From the NCBI GenBank assembly GCA_013239625.1, contig MU053561.1:2093818-2157817 (forward strand): a stretch of 64,000 bases of DNA. The letters run 5' to 3'. The notes under the pieces are model-generated. The model was given only the letters and a program-made list of their open reading frames with translations, searched no databases and was not told where the DNA came from. The stretch is from Lama guanicoe (Eukaryota). Position 1 is the first letter of the stretch; every line of letters begins with the position of its first letter. Position numbers and translations under genes: made by a program. Below, piece by piece: positions 24,031 to 37,300 of the stretch.

Positions 24031-26351
24031 TATTGTCGAACCATTCCTGGGCTCCACCAGATGGTGCACACCTGCTTCTCTCCTCTCTGCATCTGCAGGG
24101 GCCGGGCCGTGGGAGGGGAGCAGGGCTGACAGTGGGGTGCCGCGGTGTTGAGGGTGGACACCCCGCAGTGTCCCTTCGATCGTCAGCCCCACAGAGCAGC
24201 AGTGTGGTGATGACACACGGAAAACAGTGCAGGACAAACCACACGCCAGGACCAATCCCTGTGACAGGAATAAGAGGCCCCCTGGAAAAGAAAGATGATT
24301 GAAGGAAATGGAGGAGGAGCTGGAGTGGTCGAGCGGGCACTGGAGTAGGAAGTGGGTGGAACTGGCCTGGAGGACTCCGGACGGGGTGAAGGGGCACCTG
24401 TGGGGAGCCGCCCCTTGGAGGTGTGGTGTGAGTGGAGCAAGAGAATGGTGAGCGAGTCTTCAGCGGGACAGGCAGTGCCACTCCTGATCTGTGAGCTGGG
24501 GTCGGGGTCTGATGCGGTGGGGGTGCTGTTAGATGGCTGGAGGGTCCACGAGTGCCCCCCCACACACCGCACACCGAACACAGCGGCCGCTGGCTGTTCC
24601 TCGTCCGCTGGTTGCCATGCTTTGGGTTACATGACCATGCAGCTCTGGCCACATGTAACCCAGTGGTCTGGGCTTGGCACCTGATCCCAGGAGAGCCATC
24701 ATGGGCTGGTCATGAGGGCACAGGAGACCTGTGAGGCTGCCTAGCAGGGGCTCTCTGCCGGAAAGAAAGAACTGCCCCAACGGGGTGACCTCAGGGAGCT
24801 TGATAGTGGCCACTCGGAGATGGCTCCAGCCGGCAGAGTGTGGCAGAGCTGAGAGACCCCAAGGGGGATGGCAGCAAGCAGAAGCCACAAAGGTCTGACA
24901 GCATGAGCCAGCAGAGCATATGAGACGGAGAGGGGAGGAAGCCTGGGGGTAGCAGCCATGGGAGCGGCAGCCAAGGAAAACCCGAGTCGCAAGGATGAAG
25001 AAGACGCAGGAGCAGGGAAGAGATGATGCAGCCTCCGAGGGACCACAGACCGCAGTGCTGAGCGGGGAGGAGCCAAGAGGCAGTTCTCCACAAAGCCGGC
25101 TGCGGCAGCCCCAGCTCGTTCCCGCTCACAGCCTCTGCCAGCCACGTCCGCGGCTGCCCGCGTACCTCTGGCTCTTGGCACCCCAAAAGCACCAAACACA
25201 GGACAAAGCCGCCACGAGCCTGCTGGGGGTGGGTGCTGCAGAGGCAGCTGCTCCAAGGCTTCTGTGACGACTACCCGGAACGACCACGCTGGACCAAGAC
25301 TGGCTCAGAAAGTCTTCAGTGCAGGGAGAGCCTGCAAGCACTGGGTGGTAAATTGCAGGATTGGAGTCCACAGAAAGCCACAGGAAAATTCCCATCAGGG
25401 CCCCGAGCAGACACAGGGGGAGAGGGGCTGTGAACGGCCCCCTGGGTGGGAGGGGAGATGGAAGCGGCCAAAGCACAGCTAGATGGTATGGAGGAAAATA
25501 AAGAAATGACGGAACAAATGCCTGGAGTCCCCAAGTGGGATGGCTGGCAGGGCGAAAGGGAACGCTGTGACCAGATGTTTGCTTTGCCTCCTGGAAGGAA
25601 AGCACTCCAAGTGGAAAACTTTCCTGGCCCAGTGAGGTCAGAATGTATGAGCTGTCCCTCTTCCAAAAAGCAAGATGGGGGTGTTCGCCAGGCCCTCTGT
25701 GCCCCCGGTGAGGGCAGCCGGCAACGCCGCAGAGACCTCAGCCCCCTCCCTCTTGGGCCCCCTCGGAGAAAAACCTCTTCTGGGCCGGACAGAGTGTGGT
25801 AACAAATCATTTGCTCCCCAGGTTTACAGGCCTGGCTCTGGAAGGAAGACCCACAGGAAGGGAACCGCATCCAACCGGAGGCCGGGAAATGTTTCCCTTG
25901 GTCTGTGGTGGGGGCAGATGCTGGCGGGCTTCCTCCGTGTCCGCAACAGGATGGCACATGTGAAAGCAAACAAGACGGAAGCCAGCGCAAAGGGCTTCTT
26001 GAGCTCTCTCAGTGAGAAGATCCAGGAATCGAGGCCAGGAGCGAGGGAGGAGCCCCGGGGTAGCTGGGGCTAGAAGAGCCTGTGGGAAAGCTGGCGGGCT
26101 CCAGGCGCCTGCTGAGCAGCACGGTGCCTTGGAAATCAAGGGCAGACAATGTTGAAGGTTTCCTCGTGTTTCACGTATGTGTGTGCATGTGGGATGTGCA
26201 TGTGTACTTGCACGTGTGTGGCGTTTGTCTACCTCACTCCACTCTTGACTTTAGCTCCTAAGGGTTGGCACCTCTCCACTCGATAGGTGGTGGGACACTT
26301 TCTTAGAGACCCTTCCCCTTCCTCCCCTCCCCCTCCCCCTTCTTCTCTCCC

Positions 26352-27208
26352 AGTTCTATTGATGTATAATTGACAGACAGCTCTGCGTAAGTTTAAGGTG
26401 TACAACATACTGATATGACTTACACACATCATGAAACGATGGCCACAGCAGGTTTAGTGAACACCCATCATCTCACAGAGGTACAACATTAAAGAAAGCG
26501 AAAAAACGTATTTTTTCCTTGTAATGAGAACTCTTAGGACTTCCTCTCTCAATAGCTTTCATGGATAACAGTGTTAATGATCCCTACTGTGTTGTACATG
26601 AATTTCCCTAGTACTTATTTATCTTATAACTGGAAGTTTGTACCTTTGACCACCTTCATTTTATTTCCCTTCCCCCACTCCCAGCCTCTGGTAACCACAA
26701 ATCTGATCTCTTTTTCTATGAGTTCGTTTGCTTGTTCATTCTTGAACTATACTTGACCTACAACACTCTGTTAGTTTCCAGTATACAACATAGTGATTCA
26801 ATATTTCTGTATGTTTTAAAGTGATCACCATAAGTCTAATTGTCATCTGTCATCATACAAATTAATTACATAACAATTGAGGATATTCCCCACACTGTAC
26901 ATTTCATACCTGTGACTCATTCATTCTGTAACTGGAAGTTGGTACCTCTTAATCTCCCTCACCTATTTCTCCCCTCCTCCCACCCCACCCACTCTGGCAA
27001 CCACCTATTTGTTCTTTGTATCTATGACTCCGTTTCTGTTTGGCTTTGTTTGTTCACTTACTTTGTTTAGATTCCACATATAGGTGAAATCATACAGTAT
27101 TTGTCTTTTTCTGTCTGATTTATTTCACTTGGCATCACCTCCTCTAGGTCCATCCTTGTTGCTGCAAATGGCAAGATCTCATTCCTGTTTATGGCTGAGT
27201 AATATTCC
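26352..27208 (-). mobile_element. L1MA9-like 3' end, antisense
   Basis: tattgatgtataattgaca...aagtttaaggtgtacaaca...tttagattccacatataggtgaaatcatacagtatttgtc...tttatggctgagtaatattcca. Confidence 0.9.
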
Positions 27209-27234
27209 AACCCTTCTTCTTCCTAATACTATCT

Positions 27235-27600
27235 GTGTGTGTCTGTTTGGCTATGGTAACAAGTAACCCCAGGGTCTCAGTGGCTCAGTAATGCACATCT
27301 CTTTCTCACTCACATCACATGTGGGTGGCTGTCAGCAGTAGGTCCTGTTGCTCTGCCCTGTGACTTCTCATCCAAGGTCCAGGCTGCAGGAGTTGCCCTC
27401 GCTAGTCAGCCCATTCTTCTGACAGAGGGAAAAGGAAGTGCAATGCCTAACTCTCTAAGCTCCTGCTGAGACCTGGAATACATCATCACATTGATTCACA
27501 TTCCACGGACCGGTGTTGCATGGTCAAGTCCAAAGTCAATGCGGTGAGAATGTAAATTTCTCTCAAAGGGAAGGAGGGCATGAGTAAGTGCAGACTATTA
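27235..27600 (-). mobile_element. MaLR solo LTR (MLT1J-like)
   Basis: ggtaacaagtaacccc...tctcagtggct...tttctcactcaca terminus pattern. Confidence 0.55.
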
Positions 27601-27711
27601 TGTTAATACATATTGTATGTTAATACATTCTACCTCCCTTCCAACAGATCTCTCCACAGCTCAGCAGTCTGCTCGGAGCTAGTCTGTTTTGTTCTCCTAA
27701 CAAACTTATGA

Positions 27712-27975
27712 AATAATAGTAATGGCAAATGTAATGAACATTTATGAGCCTCTTTCTTTGTGCCAGGTGTTGTTCTAAGTGTTCTCCAGGCATTCTGTGA
27801 GTTAACACTCACACCAGCCCTATGCAGTGGAGACCACTGTTATCCCCATTTCGCATGTCAAAAAAATGAGGCTGAGAAGTTAAATGACTCGCCCCAAGTC
27901 AGATAGCTGCTAAGGGTCAGGTCTGGGATTCACTCTTAGGATTCTGAGGGCTGTACTTTTAAACACAACACTACA
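27712..27975 (-). mobile_element. MIR SINE, near full length
   Basis: aacatttatgagc...tgtgccagg...gttctaagtg...tgttatccccattt...gaagttaaatgactcgccc. Confidence 0.85.
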
Positions 27976-28699
27976 CAGCTTCTTCCTATGAGGCCAGGGT
28001 GGTAGCAGTTGCCTCATTTGGCAGATGTGCAAACTGGGGCTCAGAAACATGACTGGATTTGCCCAAAGATACACACTATAAACAAAACTAAAATAGAAAT
28101 GGCCTGGTTTCTGGGGGCCATGGGGGCACTGTCCTCCTCAGCAGTCCCTCCCCTACACCAGCCTGGGGGCATTGTCACCCAGCACTCCGGGGACACTGAC
28201 CCCCCTACCCTGGAGCCAGGTGCCCTCTGGCACCTCCCGATGCCTGAGCTGAGCAGAGTGAGGCCCCAGTGACTGCACCCATCTGTCTGTCGGCCTTTTC
28301 CCATGGGCAGCCCAGGGTGGAGAAGCAGCGTAGGCCTGACCTCTCTGAGCTCTCGCTCTGGGTCTGCAGCATGAGAGCCACAGAGCTTAGAGCCTAGTGC
28401 CCACTCGGAGGAGCTGGCCTCACTCCCCCTCTTTATTTCCTCCCCTCAGAACCCCGCTGGATTTCTCAGGTTAAAACACTCTTGCCCCCACCTTCACCCT
28501 CCAGCCCCACTCCTCCATCCCTCCTTCCTGGGTTCTGGTCATTCCACTGCCCACCCAGACAGGTTTGGGATGCGGTGTGAGTTGAGGTTGGGGCCACATT
28601 CCCAGCTGCACTTCAACAAAGAACCAAATGGGCTGAAGAACAGGGCGGGGCCTCGTTCACAGCAGAGAACATGCTGGCCCCCTGTGCTCTCCACTCTGG

Positions 28700-29007
28700 T
28701 ATGTGTATGCACGTGCACACGCAGACGCACATGTACAATCACATGTGCATGTATATAACACACAAACATACGTGCCTGCACACACACACACAGCTATGTG
28801 CACACACATGTGTACACACATACATGCACACACATTGACACTTGTACACGTATACAGAGACACACATATGCACACACTCACACATATCCACACAAACATA
28901 CCCATGTGTATACGTGCACATGTATCCTCACACACGTGCCAACATATCCACACGCACATATACACACATAAATACACGTATACACAAACACACACACACA
29001 CACACAC
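28700..29007. repeat. Degenerate (CA/TA/TG)n alternating purine-pyrimidine tract
   Basis: ~300 bp of acacacat/gcacac/gtatac variants ending in pure (CA)n. Confidence 0.9.
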
Positions 29008-30199
29008 TCCCCACCTGCACCGGCTCCGCCCCTGGATCATGTGGCTTGTGGAGCATATAATGCTGTCTGTCCAGCCAGTTCCTCCAGCGAGGGTGGAGAT
29101 GCTCTTCTGGGGCGGGGCCTCACTCACAGGGGAGAACACATGCTGAAGAGGCCCTGGGTGGTCAGGCCTCTCCCCCAGCCAGCATCTTGCGGGTGAGGGA
29201 ACTGAGGTTCAGAGAATAGTAAGAGCTTACAGTCTGCCAGCCAGCTTCTCAGCTCTGCAAGTATCAACCCGGGGAACACTCACCATCACCCTCTGAGGGG
29301 CCCATTGTCTCATTTTCCTACTGGGGAAACAGGCCCAGGGGGTCACCACCCCCAGGCAGTGGAGTCAGTTCAGGCCCCGCCCCTCGCCCCCTCGCTGGGC
29401 TGCCTCTCTGCCAACTATGATGATGGTGATAGTGGGACCGAGCAGGGCAGAGGCTGGTGGCAGCGCCGAGTCAGGTTAGACCCAGCCTCTGACCCGCACT
29501 GGTCAGCCTGGATGAGAGGCTGTCATTCGACCACGTGGTCGTTTACAGGGACACGATGACACGGCGGACAGTTGGGCCTAGGTTGAGAGGGGCCTGGGCG
29601 TGGGGTGCAGTGCTCTGCTGTCTGTCCCTCCTGCTCTGCCGGTGTGAATGGCCCACGGGTCCCTTGAGGAGGGAGCCCAGTATCTAAGCAGGCCGGATGC
29701 CCGGTTTCTTTGGCGACGTGGCTCACATTCTCCTGGCTGTGCCTTTTGGGGCTTGATTGAAGTTTAATTCCAGCCGGAATGACTGGAAATACCAAGTATT
29801 TTGCTAGGATTAGGGTTTGGCTGGAAGAGTCAACTGCCTCTACTGCAACCAGGTACCATGGACCTTGGAGGATCGTTAATCCCAAGGAAATCTCTGTGAC
29901 TCAGCTCCGGTGGCTTCTCAGCCCCAGGAGGGCCAATGCGATTCACAGACACCTGGCCTCTGCTGGGCTGGGGGAAGGGAGAGGCGGAAACAGGATGGCT
30001 TGCTTAGCTCGGCGCAGCCCTGCCCTCCCACCCACAACAGGGGACAGGGACCCAGTCCAGCCCATCCCCCATCAGCACACACTGCAGAGAGTCGGGAGCA
30101 GGGGGCTCAGGGCACACGCACCCTGTGGGCACAGCTCTGTGTCCTGGGGATGAGCGGGCACCGTGCGGGGGTCTGGGGCACTGCTCCCAGCCCCATCAC

Positions 30200-30380
30200 C
30201 ACTCACAGTGTCTCCGCCTTGGCCGTATTGTGTAACTGCCCTGGGCCGTGGTTTCTCTTCTAAGTACAGATGATAACAGCACCTCCCACACAGAGTGCAA
30301 AGATTAAATGAGGCAATGTTTTCAAAACCCATAGCACAGCGCCTGGCACATGGAAAGCCCCAGATACATCCTAGATAGCG
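30200..30380 (+). mobile_element. MIR SINE 3' part
   Basis: aagattaaatgaggcaatg...catagcacagcgcctggcacatgg. Confidence 0.75.
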
Positions 30381-31329
30381 TGTAAAACGTATGATCCTCA
30401 CACCTGCCAAGCCTTCAACACTCTGTGGAAGAAAACAGTCAAAAGTGTGAAACACCCTCCTTCCCAAGGCGATGGAGCTGGTTTTCCTTCCTACCCGTCG
30501 GCTCCAGCCTTATGAAGATCTCAGCCAACTACATCAGACAAAGATCTAGCCACAGGCTCAGCCCCACCTGGCGGCTCCTGGCTCCTACGTGGCACTCTGA
30601 GCCTCCACAGCACTACCCAGGGCGGGTGTCCCCGAGTGATGCCTTTGCCCCACCCCATGGACTTGACTCCATCTTCCCTGCCCGGGTTCTTATGCCTGGT
30701 TCTGAGCGGACTCCTGCTGGCACCGCAGATGCCCTTCAAGGTGAAATCCTGCTCTGAGCCCCACTTGGTGATCAGTGAGCAGGTAGGGAGATGGCCCTTC
30801 CTTCTCTATGCCTAACTTCACAGGTCCTGCCATGCACAGATAGATCCCCATGGGTGCCCTGATATCAACCGCCTCCTGGAGTCCCTGCCCTGTTCCTCAC
30901 CTCTCCACAAGCTGCTGGAGCAGCTCCAGACCCTGCTGTGTGACTGGGAAAGTCTGCAGTGCCTTGCACCCAGTACCAGATGATCATTGAAGGGGCAGAC
31001 CCAAAGAGAGGCAGGGGAGTTAGAGGGAAGGGAAGAGAAGGCCATGGGGAAAGGATGGCAGATGCAGAATGCCAGGGAATGCCAATTAGACATAATTTGA
31101 GGTTGAAAGCAGTCAGTGAAGACTTGCCCACTCTGCTCTCCAAGATACTTGTCTCACTCCCTAGAATCACTCTTGGTTACTCCAGCAACCCAGCAAGGAC
31201 TTTATCAGCGATCCTAGCTCTAGACCCATCATGGACCTTCAGTCCTCCCAGGCCCTGCGGAAACTATTCCTTCTGCAGCAATACCTGCCAACCTACCCTA
31301 CTACGTACCATGAGTGAACTCCCATTCAC

Positions 31330-31600
31330 CCTTCTAAACCCAGCTCAAATGACACCTCCTCCAGGAGGTCCTCCAGCTCCTCAGGCTTTCCCTGAACACT
31401 TCCAAAGTCAGTCTCTTGTGGAGTCCCATATTATATGCCCTTCATCTATGTATCTCTCTGTGTTGTGGTTTACTGGTTCATATGTCATCTTCCCGTGCTC
31501 TGCTCAGGGCAATGAGTTTGTCTTACCCATCTCCACCTCTCCCACTCTCGTCAAAGAGCTCAGCACTGAGTGAAGCCTCAGCTAAAATTTGCTGAAATGG
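31330..31600 (+). mobile_element. L2 LINE 3' end
   Basis: cagctcaaatgacacctcctccaggagg...ctcagctaaaatttgctgaa. Confidence 0.6.
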
Positions 31601-33997
31601 ACAGGAACAACAACATCTTTTGACTAATTCTTGGTGCCCCTCTGGCAAAGCAAACGTAAAGTCCCAGCTCAAGCCCTCTGAGGGGCTGGACATCTAAGAT
31701 GGACATCAAGACAAAGTCCCAAACATCACACAGCCTGATGGATGTATCAGGATGTGTCCACCCTCAGGAAGCTTCCAGAGGGGCTCAGAAGTCACCCACT
31801 GGCGTCCTGTAGTGAGAAAGTCGTCCTGGCAAGTGGAGATCTGAAGCGCCAGCAGTGCGAAGACTGAAAAAGCAGAGTGTGGCCAGAGCCGAGAGGTAGC
31901 CACTTGCAGGCTAGGAGCAGCTGGAGGAGCAGCGCTGGAGGAGAAACTGGGCCAGGCGTGCCCGCTATCCTGTGGGTCCCCAGGCCAGTAATGTCCCTCT
32001 CAGGCTAGGAACCTCACCAGGACTGAAAGTCCATCTCCAAAGAATACTCTGCACTGCCCCAGCACCAGGTCCGACTCCGTTAGGACCCTCCCGCCCTGGG
32101 CATCACCAGCAGGTGGGCGGCAGCTCCAAGTCTGCCAGCACACTGCCTGCTGCCCTGGCCTCCCAGCCCCCAGCACAACTGACCGCACACGTGCTGCTGC
32201 CACCAACTGCCTGCCCTCCCGAAGTGCTCTCCTCTCTGACCCACTGCCCCAGGCCGCTTCTCAACCACCACCACCTTCCACCCAGAGACCTAGTGTCCAG
32301 CCTCTAGGGCTGTCGCTCTCCCAGCCTTGCCCCTGAGATGCACACAGTCTCCCGATGTGCGTCCCAGACAATGAAAATGCGGACGCAGGAGGGTGGTTGG
32401 CAGCACGGCGCAGGCTTGGACGGGCAGAGCTGGTGTCTCGTGTGTGTGCACGTGGGTGTGCCTGTGTCCCGTGCTCTGGGGTGGCCCAGGACTCAGTCTC
32501 CTCACTGACTTCTGCAGGTTGAGCCCTGCTGGTGGAGGTGGTGCTTGTCGGCATCGTCTGGCCACCTAGGCTGGCAGCCCCTGGAGGGCAGGAACTGTGC
32601 TTTACTTACCCCCGCATCGCCAGGAGGCACCGAGGCGGTGCCCTGTACACAGTGGGTGGAGAGTAAACTGCGCTGGTTCCGTCTGAATCGCACTGAAGGG
32701 ATCTGAAGCTGTCTGCGGCCGTGGGCGTCCCCCAAGCTGGAGGAGTGAGGCCCAGCCGAGTCTGTTGTGAATTTGGGCTGGGACAATCCTGTCTCTGGGG
32801 CTCACCTGTCCCAAGGTGATATAAGGAGGGGCCAGTCAAGGCCCGCTGTTTGTTGGGTGGATGCCAGGCTCTCTCCCTTCCACCTGACGCCAACGGCTCC
32901 AGGCCACGTGTGGGCCAGCAGCCCTCAGCCTGGACACTGTCGGCCTCCTCTGTCTTCAGGGCAAGGGAGGAGGGTGGAAAAAGACTGACCAGCAACTCAG
33001 ACTCCTCTCCTCCTTAACTCAGGCTCAAACTCCTTGAAAGAGGTTGACTGGCTGCGGTCTTAAACGCCTTATCTGTGTGTGCCACGGCGGGGAGGGGTGC
33101 ACAGCTTTGGAGACTCTGAGAGCAGAGCATGAGCAAAAGGTGCACTTTGAGGGGAGAAGAAAGCCCACATTTCTAGAGCAAATGCCCTGTTTCAGGCGCT
33201 GAGCCAGCGCGTCACACATGTCATCGCTTTATCTTCACTGCAACCTGCGAGGCACTGGGATCCTCTTTATACTGACAGAAAATAGGTCGCAGACGGGTTG
33301 AGTCATTGTCCGCAGCAGATGTGGGCAGAACTGAGGTTCAGATCATGTCTTTCTGGTTCCAGCATCAGTGTGACCTTAGAGGTGAAGGAAGGAAGGGGCC
33401 GCTGTGAGTTGCTGAGTAGGGCCAGGGTGAGTGGGGTGGCGGTAGCTGCAAATGGGCTGCTTTGGCCAGAAGCCAAGGGATGGGTATAGATCTGGGGCTC
33501 TGGGCAGAGAAGGCTCTGTTTTCCCAAGGCCAAGGTCAGTCAGCCTGGTAGGGGCCTGGGGTGGGAGGAGGGTCAGCCCCGGGAAAAGAGAGTTGCCGCA
33601 GCAGGGCTTTGAGCCAAGGCTGACAGGAGCCCAAAATGGAGAGAAGTCCAGAAGTCCTCACTCTTCATCTAAGGACCAGGAGTCCCTGTGACTGTGCCTC
33701 ACCCAGCTGCAAGACCACGGTCACAGCTGGCATCTGTGTGGCACTTACAAGTGTCTGCACATGACCACGTTCCATCTCACTAGCAGCATCATGAGGGTGT
33801 CAGGGAGATGAGGCAACGAGGGCTGCAGGAGTTAAGTGGCTGCCAAGGTCACAAAGGAATCAATGGCAAATCAAGGCTTGTGTCTCCCACACAAAGGGTA
33901 ACATTGATCCTCTGTGCGTCCGCTTGTACACTGGTCCCTGTGCCTCTGGAAGGCCGATGACCAGACTGGGTTGCCCTGGATGGGAGCTGGAAGAGGG

Positions 33998-34360
33998 CTA
34001 AAGACTGGACATTTGTGTTTTTCCAAATTCATATGTTAATACCTGGGCCCCAGTGTGATGTATTAGGAGGTGGGGACTTGGGAGGTGGTTGCATCCTGAA
34101 GGTGGAGCCTGCAGGGATGGGGTTAGGAGGTTAGTGCTCTCGTAAGAGGCTCTGGAGGGCTCCCTCGCCCCTCCCACCACCTGAAGCTGCAGGAAGATGA
34201 CAGCTGACTGTGAACCAGGAAGTGGGCCCCACCAGGCACAGCGGGGGCCGGCACCTTGATCTTGGACTTCCCAGCCTCCAGAACTGTGAGAAATAAATGT
34301 CTGCTGTTTAAGCCACACAGCCTGCGTTTATGTTACAGCAGCCTGAACAGACTAATACGC
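33998..34360 (+). mobile_element. MaLR solo LTR, MLT1A-like
   Basis: ccaaattcatatgtt...gtattaggaggtgggg...gcaccttgatcttggacttcccagcctccagaactgtgagaaataaatgtctgctgtttaagccac...gactaatac. Confidence 0.9.
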
Positions 34361-35714
34361 AGAGTCAGACCAGGCCGGGGATGCCGGGACCCAGCCTTTG
34401 GAGGAGTGATGTCACCCATCCAGCCCGTGCTCCCCAGGGCTCGGGCTGACTCGGCCAAAGCAAGTTCAGTCAATAGCCATTTGGTTTGGAGGCTGCTGAG
34501 GGACGTTTGTGTTGGCACTGGGGCAGGCAAACATGCAGAGAGTCAAAACCAGCCAGCCAGCCAGCCAGCCACCCCAGCCGGTGTATGTGCACGCACGTGT
34601 GTGTGCATGCATGTGTGTGTGTGTGCACGAGGAGACCGCTGACCCCAGGTGTTCAGGCTATTCATGGTCCTTGGCAGTTACCCCTTTAGGGGTCAGGGGT
34701 GAGGGGAGTGCCTCCCTCCAGCCTTGCAAGTGGGAGCCTGGAAGGAAAGGAAACCCTGTCCTTCCCTGGGCGCAAATGCTGGTGCCTCCGGTGCTCCACT
34801 AGGAAATAAAAATTACTTTCATTCCAGACCCCATCCATGTCTTCCCCCAGGTTCCCAGACGGGTATCCAGCAGACACGGGCCCTGGGGCCAGCGGGCCTG
34901 GAGCATTGTCCTCAAGGCCTGAGCAACCCCAGCCTGATCCAGGCTCACAGAAGTCCCCCTAGTACAGGGACCAGCTGATATTTAGTCCCTCCAGTGTTTC
35001 CCAAGTGTTCTGTCCTCTGTCCCATTTTGGGTGTGTAGCACTACTTAGCCTGGGACACCAGCTGCCAGCGAACTCACTGGAAGTCGCTCTGCCAGAGAAA
35101 CATCCCCCCAGGGGCTCCCATTTCCCATGTTAAGTCAAGTGTTCTAGGGCTTTGCCTGCACACCTGCCGGGCTTTCAGTATCAACGTGCTTTTTCATAAG
35201 AGGCATTTCTGAGTGCATCAAGGAAAGTCGCTTTTGTGTTCTCTTATTCAACAAATATTTATTGAGCTCCTTTATTGCCTTTTCCTTTGTTAAATAATTG
35301 CTTCGTATGTACTTTGCAGCTGGATCCACAGAAGGCAGGCATTTCTCACCAGGACCAACACATTCCTGAGCCTTCGGCCCTTCCCCTACTGCCCCTTTGT
35401 GGGGCCGGAGGAAAGCTCCAGATAAGGGGCCCTGGCCAAACACAGAGCCCAGACAGATAAAGCCAGCGAGAGGCGTGTGGGAAAAGCGGGGGGAAGGCTG
35501 GGGCTTCAGAGACGAGAGAGGGTGGCCCTGTGAGGAGGGAGGCGACCCCGGGTGAGCCTGGGGACGGCCCAGGGAGAAGGCTCTGCAGGGGCCCTGAGCA
35601 AGACTGCATGGGTTCCTTCCCTCCACGGGGCAAGGAACCCCAGAACTGAGGCACATTCAAGTCTGAGAATCTCTGGCCGAAAGGAATCCCTGACTTTCCT
35701 TCCCCTGGCGTGCC

Positions 35715-35848
35715 TCGGATCACCTGGGGGCTTCTTGATAGATGGCAGGGCCCACTCCCAGAGCTTCTGACTCAGTGGTCTGGGGTAGGGCCTGAAAGTC
35801 TGCATTTTTAATCAGTTTCCTGGTGATTCATACTTTGAGAACCACTGT
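35715..35848. mobile_element. MER5A-like DNA transposon
   Basis: atcacctggg...ggtctggggtagggcctgaaagtctgcatttttaa...actttgagaaccactg. Confidence 0.8.
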
Positions 35849-37189
35849 GTAAGGCTCACCCCAGCCAGGCCTTCCGATTCCACCCAAAACGGGCTGAGGT
35901 CTGGCATTGTTCAGACTTGATGTCGCTGGCTTGTGGCTCTGGGCGCCTCTCTGGCTGGTGACTTCCGTGTGGCTCAGTGTGCAGGCCCCCAATACCTGCT
36001 GCCACTGCAGGGGCTGGTTTCTGTCATGGTCTGTCCCGCAGCCGCTTCCCTTCTGCTTCCCGTTCCTCCCCAGACCTCCGGAGGGGCACCCAGACCACCA
36101 GGGGCACCCAGACCTGGACTGAGATCTGGGGCTCCTTGCCTCATCCTAAGCGGGGCTTGGACCAGGGCAGGCGGGGCCTGTAGGGTTGGGCTCTTGAGGA
36201 ACCCACACAGGAGCACAGGAAGCTGCGTGGTTTGGGTCCGTGAGCCGTGACCTCCCCTGCAGGGAAAGCCGGGGATCAAAGGCAGCACCTGCCATCCTGC
36301 AGCTGGGTCTGCAGCCTGGCTTCCCACAGGCCCCTCCACAACCTGCCACCCGGGAGTGTGTCTGGGCCAGCACAGCTTCGCATGCAGGGACTTCCCTGGC
36401 CCTGAGCAGGACCCCCTGGGGCACCGCATTTCATCCCCTTTTAGCCCCATGCCAACCCTACTGAACTGGGTACTTTCAAGACCCGGGTTTCACAGGTGCG
36501 GTTTCGTGGTTTAGTCGCTTGGCTGAGGCTTGTGAGGTGCAGAGGCAGGACCTGAACCCGCTCTGCAGGTGCTTCTCCTGTCTCGGCCCCGACTCCCTGG
36601 GTCTTCCCTGTGAGGACACCTGCTCCCCATCCCCACAGCTCAAGGGGCAGACTAGTGTCTCAGTGGCCCGTGGATTCCCTTTCAGGGGTGGGCATTTGAC
36701 GTGTTCTCCTGTCCCACAGCACGTGAAGGCGTCCGCTTTGTCCAGCGGCTCTGAGGAGTCTGCTTGTGGAAGGGGTCGCTGCTTCTGAAGCCTCCCCTCC
36801 CAGCCCTCCCTCAACCCAGCCGCCCGCTGGCATCTCAGCGGCCTGCGGGCAGCAGCGAGACAGGTGGGGAAAGCCCACCCTGCTGGGCCAGCCTGGCGGG
36901 GCGGCGCCTCGCCGGGGCCCTGCCTCGTGCTGCTCCTGATGGCTTGTTTCCACTGTGTGCGCCCGCAAGGACCCCACCGCCGGAGGAAAACAGATGTGAC
37001 CGTTGTGTGGGCAGGAAACCACAAGGCAGCCTCCTGCCTCATCCATCCCTGTAACTCGAGGCAGCCTCACTGCTGCTGGCGGGGGAGCTCCCCGGCTGTG
37101 ATGCCCCTGAGCCCCGGGGTTAACCTAGGATGCAGAGCGAGGGTGTCCCAAGGCAGCCGGAAGGTTGAGCTCAAAGCTGGGCAGCTGTC

Positions 37190-37300
37190 AGTAGGAATGG
37201 CCAGAAATGCAGATTGTCGGCCCCAACCCAGACCTACTGAACCACAGACTCTGGGGGTGGGACCTGGCAGTCTGAGTTTTAACGAGCCCTCCAGCTGACT
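37190..37300. mobile_element. MER5A-like fragment
   Basis: agaaatgcagattgtcggccccaacccagacctactgaa...tttaacgagccctccag. Confidence 0.75.

Noticed and set aside
23915..25990. Several overlapping 150-245 aa ORFs with CpG enrichment
   Set aside because: Low-complexity P/G/S/R translations on both strands in GC-rich DNA that partly resembles a decayed MLT1 LTR; no promoter or exon evidence
28657..29146. His/Thr-rich and Cys/Val-rich ORFs
   Set aside because: Translation of the CA/TG repeat tract
30959..31573. 204-aa plus-strand ORF
   Set aside because: Non-ATG start, runs through an L2 remnant, no recognisable homology or splice context
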